Source: Eledone cirrhosa
Taxonomy: Eukaryota
Length of the DNA: 64,000 bases
Assembly: GCA_964016885.1 (NCBI GenBank)
Contig: OZ024749.1
Location: 53,382,001 to 53,446,000 of the forward strand
Reading direction: 5' to 3'
This document shows positions 52,248 to 64,000 of the stretch, piece after piece. Under the pieces are notes generated by a model. The model was not told the DNA's origin and did not search any database. It saw nothing but the letters and a program-made list of their open reading frames with translations. Made by a program: the position numbers and the translations under genes. Each line of letters starts with the position of its first letter. Position 1 is the stretch's first letter.

Positions 52248-55200
52248 CTGAAAGAAAAATATAAAAATAACCATTTTTTTTTTTTTTACAGTGCGATAAA
52301 AGTTTCATTAAAAATACAAAGTTTAATAATTTGATTGTAAATAATAAATACATGTATTCTTTAGACATGACAAAAGTAACTTCATTATCAAAATATATTT
52401 TTACTAGTGGATCCAATCCAGGGCCTTCTCATTCCTGTAGGAAGAAACCCTCATCACATCCACCTCCGTTGACCTCCACTGATTTCTTTTTAGTTATGTC
52501 AGGGGTGTAGCTGTACACACCACAATTGGTCAACTGTGGGTTGCCGAGGTTATTTAACCCACAGACCATACCAGTACATAATCAGAAACACTGATCTTTT
52601 AGATGGGTCAGGGCTATGTTTTACTCACATGTGCTCCCTCCCACAATCTACAGAGTGTGCTGTGCATTTCATGGTGGCACCAGTACTAGGGAGGTCAACA
52701 TGTATTTGACAACCAAAGAGTCCTCTCTATCCTTTGTTTGGCAAGTTTTCTACGACTGAATGCCCTTCCTATCACCAAACAGTTTACAGTGTGTACTGGT
52801 TGGTTGTTTATCGTGTAACTCATCAAACATTAGGGAGGCCATCATGTCTGACAACCAAACACTCCATTCTATCCTTTGTTTGGCAACTTTTCTATGGCTG
52901 CATACCCTTACTATCACCAACCACTTTACATACACATACATACATACCTATGTACATATGTAACAGCAACAAATTGGCAGAATTGTTAAAACATCAGATA
53001 AAATGCTTTACTGTATGGGTTTAGAGTCTCTGCACTTGGAATTCAAATACTGCCAAAGTTAACTCTGCCTCCCATCTTTTCAGGGTCGATGAATAAAGCA
53101 CTGGTCTACTAATGGGGCTAATTCATTCTCTTTCTTACTCCCTCTCTTTCACCGCAAGGAACCAGCTGTGTTCAAATTCGAGGAGGAATGGGCTCCACCA
53201 GAACAACTGCCTAAGACATGCTGTATGTAATGACAATGTACCTACAACAGGAATTAATCAATTAACATACGCACACACAATATGTAGAATCCTGATGTAT
53301 AAAAAAAAAAGGTACTCAACACGCTAGTAGAGTATAGGCAATATAGCTTATATGGATCTGTATTTTGACTTGGTTTCTAGATGGATGCCCTTCGTCAACT
53401 ATGTTACAGCGTGGACTGGGTGTTTTTTGTCATGGAACCAAAACGACCACCTAACAGGGTGAACTGGGTGTTTTTTTTGTCGTGGCACCAGAATGACCAC
53501 ATAGTAGGGTGGACCGGGTGCTTTTTGTTGTGTCACCAACCTTGATTTTAAAGAATATAGGTTTGTTTCATCTTTGTAATTCAAACCATTGACCTAAATA
53601 AATGTTGCAGTCAATAATAATGTCATTGAGTCCAGCAAAAATCAACAATCTTTTAAACCATCTAAAATGGTTTTAATTCACTGCTTTCAACAAATATAAC
53701 TTCAGTTATCACTTCATAACTTAGAATGTTAGTGTAAACAAATTTGATAGGAATAAAATTTATTAATTGCTTCTGGCACATATATTGCTTAAATGAAGAT
53801 AACAATGTATCCACCCATACCCAAATCTGATCAAAGTGAAAAGTTTGTAAATCTGTTGGACTAGCTGGCTGGGTGTCACTGCTAACACAAGTAGTAGTAA
53901 CAAATAAGACACACACACATATATATATATGTATATAAAGTAATGACAGCAATGTCATTGTCACTATCATTTAGGTATAGAGCAATTTTAGAGTAGAAAT
54001 TGAATTTGAATGATGATCATGTAATTAGTAATTAGTTCTAAAGACTAATTTGAAAGTTTTCTCTCAGGATATTAAAATTAATGAAACAGTTATATATGAG
54101 CATGGTCATCAGACCCGACTTGCCTCTAATGGAACAACTCATCTAACTCATGCTATGAGCATGGTCACCCAACCTGACTTACCTCTAATGGGACAACCCG
54201 TCTAACCCATGCTAGCAAGGAAAATGGACATTAAACGATGATGATAGTAAAATATTGCAATTTTACTATAGAAGACAAAATTTAGTAATATAACTTTTTC
54301 ATTGTTAAGCAGCTGTTGGAACATAAAGGTTCTTACTTCAAATTATTAAGATAAACATTTTAGAATTAAAAAAAAAAAAAGCTTTCTATCATAAACGCTC
54401 GGCTGTAAAGTCCCTTCCAACCCATGTCAGCATGGAATAGTCAATGTGATGATGATTAGAAAAGATAATTTTATAGCAACAATATTAATATAGAGTGAAT
54501 TACATATAAGACAAAATACTAAATTAAGAAGTGTTTTTATACAAAGAAACGTTTTCATACTATCAAGTAAGCTATGGAAGTGTATGGCCTAGTGGTTAAT
54601 GTGTGGTACTTGTGATTATCATGGGTTCAAGTCTTGGACTGAGCAGTGTGTTGTGTTTTTGAGCAAGAATGTTGCTTTGAGACTAGGACTCTTATCAAAA
54701 CATCAGAGGAACCTACTATAAAATATAACCTTGTTACAAAGCCAGCTAAACCTGAGCAGATGTGAGCTGTAAATTTTATTTTTCATTTTCAAGTAACCAA
54801 GATTTCAGTCTTGAGTTTAGGTTAATACATTTTCTTTATAAGCATTTGAAGTAAACAAAAATACATACAGGCATATATTGATATTCTGCAAGATTGATTG
54901 ATACCTAAGAGATCAATAATGTTCAGCATAGTCATCATCATAACCATTTAATATCCACTTTCCCAGCTAGCAAAGTTTGGACAGGCCACCACACACCAAG
55001 TTAGTACAGAATCAGAGCTACTAATTTTACACTACTCGAGTGTATCATGCAATTTATCATGACACAAGTAATAGTGGCATATCTTTGGCACGACTAAAGA
55101 TTCTTCTTTACACTTTGTTTGGCAAGTTTTCTGATTGGATGTCAAATTCCATTAAACGTAACAGATAAACACTCGAAGAAATTATGAAAATTATACAACC

Positions 55201-57093
55201 ATATTTCCATTTTCATAAAATCTGTGTAAGAAACCCCTATTCTCAGAACACTATCACCATCCGTTTTACATTAGTTTCTCGATGTTTGCATAAGTTTTCA
55301 GTATTCACAAGATCAGTATTAGTCTTACGTATGCAACTAGTGCATATACTATAAGTTGTGCTCTTCATAATTTTTTGCAAGGTTTTTCTTTCTGGCTGGA
55401 TGCCCTTCCTTTCAGTGTGGATTGGGTGCATTTTATCATGCCACCATAACTAGAGAAGTTGCCTATTTCAGTTTTTATTCAGAGTAACTGCTTTCTAAGA
55501 CAGGTTGCCTTAGCTATGACTGAGTCCAATACTAATTTCAAAGCCTCAGATTCCTCCTAGTGGAGGGAATAAGAACCTTATGACAACTGGCTTTTCTAAG
55601 AGAATTTACAATGTTAAGTGCTTCTAGTTGGGATTCATTAACCAAAATTTACACTGTGTTATAATGTGCACCCAAAACTTACACTGCATTACAATGTGCA
55701 TCAAACACTGCATTAAAATATGCACCACATTAACAAAATATGTTAATTATGCAATAAATCAGTCATAAAAAAAAAATGGAATTCATTTCAAAATTTTAAA
55801 CAAAGTTTTTAATCAATATTGAGTTAACTAAAACACTTAGCTAAGAATAATAAATCTGTATTTTTAAGTTAACCAAAAAAACATTTATACAATTTACTTT
55901 CAAATAAAAAGAAAACAAAAACAAAAAAAAAACAACAACAACAACAACAAAATGATAAAACTTGCCATTTTAAATTCTTTTAAAAATTATCTTTGTACTC
56001 CTAGAAATAACTGTCTCAGAGGTATCTAATGTATAATAGTGAATAAAATTTAAATAGTAATAGGTTTTGTACAATAAGTTTAAGAGTGGTGTATCAAGTG
56101 GCTTATAGACCTTAGCAGCAAACCCATAGCTCTTTTTTTTTTGTGAATACACATTCAATATCCTATTTTCAAAAGACAATCAAACTGATTGACAATGACT
56201 CACTCAGCCACACACTACAACTTCTGCTTCACAGACACAATGTCCCTTTAGCAACTTCAACTATCTACTTGTATATTACTACTACCTCCATCTCAAGCTT
56301 AACCCACCACACAGCTCTACACTCAGCACTCCTGTGTCTCATCCTGGGCCCTCAACTATATATAAATATATGGTTAGATTTTTACCAGGAGTCTAATTTT
56401 TCCCCTTAATCCTTCCTCCCTAAGAGTGTTAACACTCCCCGCTCCAGAATCCCTCCCCTCTTAAATTCATATCCTGAAAACGTCAACTTACAAATGTTGA
56501 AGTCGAGCATATTGATCTTACCAGTCTCAGAGGGCATGTGAAGGTCATGGGCACATAGCCACTTCCTGATTAAACCATTAAAAAAAGATAAAAATACAGT
56601 ATGAAATTTCACTATAATAGATACTTCAACACTTTTGTGACCATTTTTCCTAAAAATAAATTGACTGCATTTTCAAAATAAACGAAGAATTTTGAGGAAT
56701 TTAGCAAAGTAATTACAACCTAATTATTAATTTATTAAACTAATGTGGAACATAAAAACAAATGTTTATCTACTCCCATTATCAAATAATAAGATTTTGT
56801 GGTCTTAATTTATAAATATGTACATTTATGTGGGTATTTCAGATGGTAGAAAGGGATAAGGAGCAGTCTCTAGTAGGTTGGTATCAAAAGGGTTAGACAC
56901 TAGTACTTTAAAATGTTGTGTTATTGCAGAGAAGTTAATATAAGCTTGAAGAATGAAAGAGTCTGCATAGACTATAATATGAACATAGTAAATACTGAGG
57001 GCAAGATACCATATTTAACTCACAACAGACTCTTAGAAAGAAGACAAGCAAAAGGAATATTGTTGATAAAATACATGTATTAAAGTTTCTGAC

Positions 57094-57159
57094 CTGACTC
57101 ATATCGTTAGGTGCGGACAGAGGGACGCTAGCAACATCCAGGCTACGCATTCCTAGGAG
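57094..57159 (-). CDS. FMR1: Candidate FMR1 cassette exon in the KH2 variable loop (LLGMRSLDVASVPLSAPNDMSQ)
   Basis: TTTTCAG acceptor, CAG|GTCAGA donor, 66 nt, phase 0/0, stop-free, GC/CpG-rich island in an AT-rich intron. Confidence 0.5.
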
Positions 57160-60069
57160 CTGAAAATATTGACCGAGTATGAGACTGGGATCAAAGATTA
57201 GAACAAAAACCCCACCGAAAAACTAAGTCATATGCTCCTTATTGAAGAGAAGATAGAATTATACATATATAATACTCACATCCATACATATATAATAGGT
57301 CATACATGCATACGTATATGATATGTAATTACACATATATATAATACACACAACACACACAAATAAAATGCACAAATATATAATATACACAAATATATAA
57401 TTACACAGAAATACAATATACACATAAATATATAATACACGCAAATATAATATATAAATATATATGATACACAAATATATAATGCACCCAAATATATAAT
57501 ACATTCAAATATATAATACACATTTAAATATATTAATACACATAAATACATGATACATACAAATATAATACACATACATATGTAATAGACACACATACAC
57601 ATGTAATAGACACACACACATGCACAAATTCACACAGAAATATATAAATACTGCTCTAAAGTGTAAATTGTAAATAAAAAAACAAAACTCAAATACTCTG
57701 ACAGCTACAGTAAATACTCCTAGTTTCCAGTTAAATTTAAAAGAAAAAAATAATAAAGAAGATGAAACAATTTAAATGGAGGAGGTGACTGATGCTATAA
57801 CAACTATTTCACAACTGAAAGGGAAAGAAACCAGTTAAACATATGCCTTAATAAAAATTCCTCTCTCAATAGACAGAAGACAAGGGTAGAGCGATAGTAA
57901 AGCAAAAGTTGTGGTCTTGTTCTGAATATACAATAAATAACCATTATAGGTATCATTTCAAAGTGATAAAACTAAGTTAATATTTATACTGATTTACACT
58001 TAATATAATGTAAGTGGTTGAAAATTATAATGTTGTTTGTATTTATTTGTACATCTGTAACTATAAACTCATTTTTAGTAATTATTACTAAACATAGATG
58101 GATGTATTACTGTGATTGCTAGAAAAAAACTACATACATCCCCTACTGATAACCATAATTCTCTCCTTCCATGTCACTCTTAAGATGACATCTACCATTT
58201 GCTCTCCCTAAACCCTTAATATAATACATTTTTATTACCATCTTTTCAAACTGTTGATGCAACTAACCTCTTAATCACTTTCTTCATGATTCCCTCCCCA
58301 CCCACCCCTTCATTACATTCATGTTCTCTTCTTACCCTTCTCTTAGTCATTACTCCCTGTCTGTACACATTGAATCACATCTGGCAAGAAAGAATGGAGA
58401 CAAGGTGGAGCAGAGATAAATTTAAGGCTAAATTTGATAAGGCTACCTCTATAGTGTTGGTGCCATGATAAAATACACTGAGTACAATCTGTAAAGTGAA
58501 TGGCAATCAAATGGCACCAATGAAGGGTAGAGAGGATTATCTCGGCACATCAAGGACTTGAAAAGTGTTGGTATCATGACAAAATATACTCAATACACTT
58601 TGTAAAAGGGAATCCAGCCACAGAAATGCCACCCAATGAAATGTGCATATCTGACCCCTCAGAGAGGGATCGAATAATTCTGAAGAACTGTCCAGAACTC
58701 TAATAACATGCCTAACTTATGTTATAAGGGTTCCACCTCAGAAATGCAAGCTAAAACCACCAATAATAAATATAGTGCTCCTATCAAAGTTTTGTGGTGG
58801 GCTTTGGATTACTACACTTTTCACAGAATTACAGACAGTGATAAAGAGAGATGAATCAGCAAGCCATCACCGTTAACTCAACCACTGCTAAAGATTCAAA
58901 TACACATATACGCACATAAATAAGCTTTAAACTACCATGCTCTCCAATATTCACTGGACACCAGCTCATAACACAAGTAGAAGAGGCAGAAGTAGGTAAA
59001 TAAAAACCTCAAGATCAATAAATGATAGAAATGTTTGTGGTAAAGATAGATTTTAATCGCTGTGTTGGGAAACATTTTGAACATAATTGGTGTTTATAGC
59101 CATGGCACAAAAATGAAGAAGGCAAGAGCTTTCAAGAATTCTGATAAACAAATAAACTTATGATGACTTTCATGAAGACAGCAAAATAATCATCATCACC
59201 ATTTAACGTCTGCTTTCCCTGGTAGCAAGGGTTGAACAGGTCTACATAGACCAGTCAGTATTGAAGCAGGGCCACTGACATCAAGGAGGTCTGTATCTCA
59301 CTTATATAGTCATTATCAAGTGCAGAGGTGAAGTTGTCGTCGCTTTTGACACAAACTAAAAGATCTTCGTAACCCCTATTTTCTCCAGCTATGCAATGTC
59401 ATATTAGATGCTAATTAGACATTCAACACATTAAATGCTAATAAATTTATCAAGCCAAAAATTATTTCTGCATCCACTTTTCCATGCTGACATGGGTTAG
59501 ATGAGTAGATAGTAACATGACTAACAAGTGATAGCCAGCTTAACTTTGTTAATACAAACAGCAACAAAAACATCAATAGGCAATAGCTGAACCTCCTTAT
59601 GAAACTGACAATTGAAGTCAATATATCCAGTTAAAGAAAAATTCAATAATTTTGACTTTAATCATTACTATATTATATGTTCCAGCTGAGGCTGGGCCAT
59701 GCTGGGGCACTGTCATTGGCAATAAAGATAGTACATCTGTATTCACTATAAAAAGTTGCTGAATAAGAATGAAAAAGTCCAATTGGTTGTGACTGAAAGA
59801 CATATAGACCTGGTAAGAGCCTCATATTGGGCTGGCAGTGGTGGAGGAGGCATTCAAGTCACTTTCTTAGTTTATGTAGGAAAGGAAACAGAAAAAGGCT
59901 CTAACAATTTCCTTTACATTACTAGAGGTGGATTAAACAGGTATCTTTCAATTCTTTAGTTTTTTCTGAATTGCATGGGTTACAGTGGTATCAGATTTTC
60001 ACCTAAAATGGCACTTCATCATAACCATTTCAATATTAAGTACAGCCTAGAGTTGTAATTGATAGATCA

Positions 60070-60560
60070 TTCAATGATGAAGTGGTCTACACTCTTATGT
60101 TTTAGCTTTAAGAACTACACTGAAAGGAAAAAGGGCTAAGACTAGACTCCTGTCGAACACCTAACCCTTTAATAGATTTGTCAACATTTTACATAACTTG
60201 AATCACTCCCATTCCAATCATTTACCCCAAATATTTTCAGTAAACACGAGACTATACCCAAAAACTTCCTATCAAAGCCTTCTCCAGTTCTTATAAAAAC
60301 AAAATACAGTCTGCTGTTAATCCACTAAAAATATGAAACATAGTTCAACTTGTGATACAAACCTACTGCAGCATTTCTAAACCATCTTCAGCTATAAGAA
60401 ATTTACCAATTTTTATTTACAATTTGGTTCATCAACTTGAAGCTTTTTGGATTTATATATCCCTAGTTCACCCTTTACTTCTGCAGCAATTTGTTATATT
60501 ACTAGTCCTCTCATTGAGGATATCACCTTGTGATACAACACAATCTGCAATTTGATTAAA
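60070..60560 (-). mobile_element. Highly decayed LINE RT fragment
   Basis: Minus strand CTGGAGAAGGCTTTGATAGG resembles the RT motif DLEKAFDR; otherwise heavily disrupted. Confidence 0.35.
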
Positions 60561-60916
60561 AAAGTGTGAAGCTGATTTACACAATCCGATACAGATTTAT
60601 ACACTGGGTTTGCAAGGTCTTTATTTAACATGTTGAATAATATCAAACTGAGGCATATGCAATGAATTGAAAACAAATTCTTTTTATCAAAAACTAAAAA
60701 GATAAATTCCTTAAATTCAATTAAGTAACATTTTCTATGCTGTTATGTAATACATGTGTGCCAGAGCACATGCATACATATATTTTCCATGCTGATCTTA
60801 CTAGAACTAGTTTTTTTTTCAAATAAATTTGCAGATTGTTTTCACAAATACTCTGGTTAAATAGGAGAGGAACCAAATTGTCAAGTTTGTAATATTAAAT
60901 ATATATATATATATAT

Positions 60917-61245
60917 GGAGGCACATGGCTTAGTGGTTAGAACATTGGCCTTGCAATCGAAAGATTGTGAGTTCAATTCTCAGACCGGGTGATGTGTTGT
61001 TTCCTTGAGCAAGACACTTTATTTCACATTGCTCCAGTTTACTCAGCTGTAGAAATGAGATGATAGGGACTGGGGTCAATATCATTCCACTGCAAAGTGG
61101 TCGTGGAGGTGCCACGGCAAAAAAGCACCCAGCACTCACTGTAAATGAGGTTGGTGTTAGGAAGGGCATCCAGCTGTAGAAATCAAGCCAGAATCAGTTC
61201 CTGTCCCACCCTTGCAAGCAGGGAAAAAAAAGCGGACATAAAATG
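60917..61245 (+). mobile_element. SINE family B, full length
   Basis: A box TGGCTTAGTGG, B box GAGTTCAATTC, TCCTTGAGCAAGACACTT, tail GGAAGGGCATCCAGC..CCCTTGCAAGCAGGG. Confidence 0.85.
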
Positions 61246-62883
61246 AAAAAAAAATATATATATTTGAAAGCTCCAATTAAAATTTGTTAATGGAAATCAA
61301 ACCATGCGTTTCTTATACACACCGAGTAAATGGGCTAACCACTACATCTCTCTCTCGCAAATAAGCATTAATCCGCAACACCAATCACTTACCTCATTAA
61401 TAACCACAACATTCCATAAAACAGATAAAAATATGGATACGGTTAATTTGAAAATAAAAGATTAATGAGATCATTGTGACGTACAGGTGAGTATTTTTAC
61501 TCGGTATTAAAAAGTTGACTTGTGATTCCCCTGAGTAGCTATTTTTGCTTTTGAATAATTCTTCATAGATACATACTAATTAACAGATTACATAAGAAAT
61601 CCGAGTTATTAATTATCAATTTAAACACATACACAACTACATATGTACACAAAATACACATATACACAGGGATAAAATAACATTTTACACACAGACGTGT
61701 AAGTTAAAATAGCTTGAATAAGCTAATGTAAAATAAAAATAAAAAAGGTGTATTCAAGTTAAAAAGACTAAAAAAGGTGTATTCAAGTTAAAAACACTAA
61801 AAATAGATGCTATCAAAATCAATGAAAAGTACTTGACATGGATCAGTTACTCTAAACTTTTAAAGAATATTGAAATTGTTGAATGCCAACACCACTAATC
61901 TATTCTCTCAATTATCCCAGTATTCCCAGTTTATTCACATATTTTAAAAATAAGATCTTCCCCACCAATCATTAATTATAGGGATTATTAAGAAAACTTC
62001 TAAATGTTACAAAACAATTATTTTACATTTTATAATTCAAATTAAAAATAAGCTAAGCTAAATTTTATTTTGGTTTGGAACACTTTTGTGATAGCCATTC
62101 AACTATAAAAAAATATGAACATCTTAAATAGCAACCTTTGCAGTGATCAGCTAATAAACGTAACACCACACAATAAGATTAATAAAGTCCACACAAACAA
62201 AAACATAAGGTTTAGTAAATTATTCTGAGATATAATTATAAATTTCGCAAATACAACTATTATCAATAACTAATAAATATATATTATACAAATATATGGA
62301 AATTTCACGGCAAGCAATTCTTCAAATGCAAGGTGTTTTCTCACACGTTGAAACAAAATAACCACAACAGAAATATAACAACATTAATATACTAAGAGAC
62401 AGTAGAAAAAGCTAGTTTCAGTTTGAACATTTAAAAGAGCTTCTAAAAATATATTATAGCCATTATATTTTCCATATCTTTAAATATACCTTCCTAAACT
62501 TTAATTATGTATGCATATTCATGCATAGAAGCTACATTAGGTAAAGGAAGTTACTTAAAAAAAAAAACAAAAAAAAACAAAAAAAAAAAACATAGAAACT
62601 AAATTGGATTCTTTACAGAGTTATAAACTGCAAATCATTTGTTCTATGACTATTTAGATCCACAATATACAAATATTAATTTCTGCAGAGAATTTAATGC
62701 TCCATGACCATTTCATGAAATTAAAATTGAGAAATGAGGGCGATTTAAAGAAAATACAAACAAAATGATATACACATATCTCTAGCTTAAAAACTGAATT
62801 GTTATTGAAGAGTATGATTACTGAAGCCATGCCAAGTAATTTCACTTCAGAGCAGGTACAAATATCAAAGAGTTCACACATAC

Positions 62884-62993
62884 CTCTTCTCTAGGAGCCT
62901 CATGTTCATTATCACCTTCGATTTTTACTCTGACAACACCAGATTTATCAACAATATCTTGAATATTTCTGCCATTTTTACCAATAACTTTAG
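62884..62993 (-). CDS. FMR1: FMR1/FXR exon (KH2 GxxG loop); gene continues beyond the window end
   Basis: [37 protein letters not shown] is the diagnostic FMRP KH2 sequence; TTTTCAG acceptor and GTATGT donor; phase 1/0. Confidence 0.95.
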
Positions 62994-64000
62994 CTGAAAA
63001 TTGAAAAGCAAATAATACATTTGTTATCACAAGATATATTAAACACTCAGCTTTCTTACTATATTATACTATATTAAACACTCAGCTTTCTTACAAATTT
63101 GTAATTAATTTTTTTATAAATCTCATTCCCCCTACTTGCTTCTATTATCACAAAACAAATGTTACAATTATCTCTTAATACTACAAAATGCTCTTCTGAG
63201 ATTTCTTATCCCCATAACATGTAAAAAAAACTGCTGAAATCAAATGTAGTCTACAAGAAACTTCTTTATGACAATGGAGGCTATGTCAGCACCTCATCAC
63301 TGACTTGTGATATATTTCATAATTCATGGCATTTACCAATGGTCGATGCTTGTCCCAGTTTCTGTGGCATGAAGCGACAGAGTACAAGATAAAACCCTCG
63401 GCTATTCATCATCATCATTTTACGTCTGCTTTTCCCTCCTGGTACTTATTTTCAGCTGAGTATACTGAAGCAATGTGAAATCAAGTGTTTTGCTTAAGAA
63501 CACAATACACGGCTGTGTCCAGTAATTGAACCCCATCTTTACATACATATCCATAGCTAACTGGACTGAGTCATTCTTAGTTATTACAACTGACTGTATT
63601 TCAAAGCTTTTAACCCTTTTATTATATTTTTAATAAAAGACAGTTATGGAGTTGTCATATTGGTAGTAGTCCTGACTTTACTAACTCTAGCAGGTAACAA
63701 GTATATTTATATTTATTATTAACTGTTATATTTTAGTTTCAGAGAATATTACTACAAATATGATATCCTTAACATTAACTCTTTTACTGACATCATCATC
63801 GTTTAACGTCTATCTTCCATGCTAGCATGGGTTTAAACAGGAATTGTCTTACTTGAGGCAAGATTGGTCGGGTGACTATGTCTCGCTCATTTATTCTAAT
63901 GAAAGACACTGTCTATGATTTTCAGATAACTTTGTAAATAATAAAAAATTTGTGGAGTTTTGTTACAACTAACTTTCTCGTTATTTAGAACATAGCTTAA

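Noticed and set aside
59680-59870. GC-richer island with an upstream pyrimidine tract as a further FMR1 exon
   Set aside because: There are early stops after the plausible acceptor and no convincing donor.
60917-60990. tRNA gene
   Set aside because: The A and B boxes belong to a SINE head that continues into the repeat body; there is no complete cloverleaf.
61385-61480. Strong minus-strand donor GAG|GTAAGT in the FMR1 intron
   Set aside because: No matching acceptor could be identified, so no exon can be defined from sequence alone.

Overview
AT-rich, microsatellite- and SINE-dense animal genomic DNA. It is most consistent with a coleoid cephalopod (Octopus-like); this is inferred from composition and repeat style. 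Three spliced genes are readable. (1) The first coding exon of an ankyrin-repeat gene on the - strand (1377-757), continuing off the left edge. (2) A complete 4-exon single-domain rhodanese gene on the + strand (18454-24455, 212 aa) with a mitochondrial-type leader and no catalytic Cys. (3) The 3' half of an FMR1/FXR orthologue on the - strand (62993-38276; KH2, NES, RGG, basic C-terminus). Mobile DNA includes a 5'-truncated Penelope-like element with an inverted pseudo-LTR, an ORF-less 169-bp palindrome carrying hammerhead ribozyme cores, R4/Dong-, CRE-, CR1/L2- and RTE-type LINE fragments, two piggyBac elements, mariner-type MITEs, a Helitron-like element, two solo LTRs and many tRNA-derived SINEs. 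The most notable signals are hammerhead ribozymes inside long inverted repeats (one intronic and sense to the ankyrin pre-mRNA), candidate FMR1 cassette exons (a 66-nt KH2 variable-loop exon at the position of mammalian exons 11/12, a 44-nt poison exon and a 27-nt microexon), and the Cys-less rhodanese. All gene models were hand-derived from splice signals and reading phase, without transcript data.
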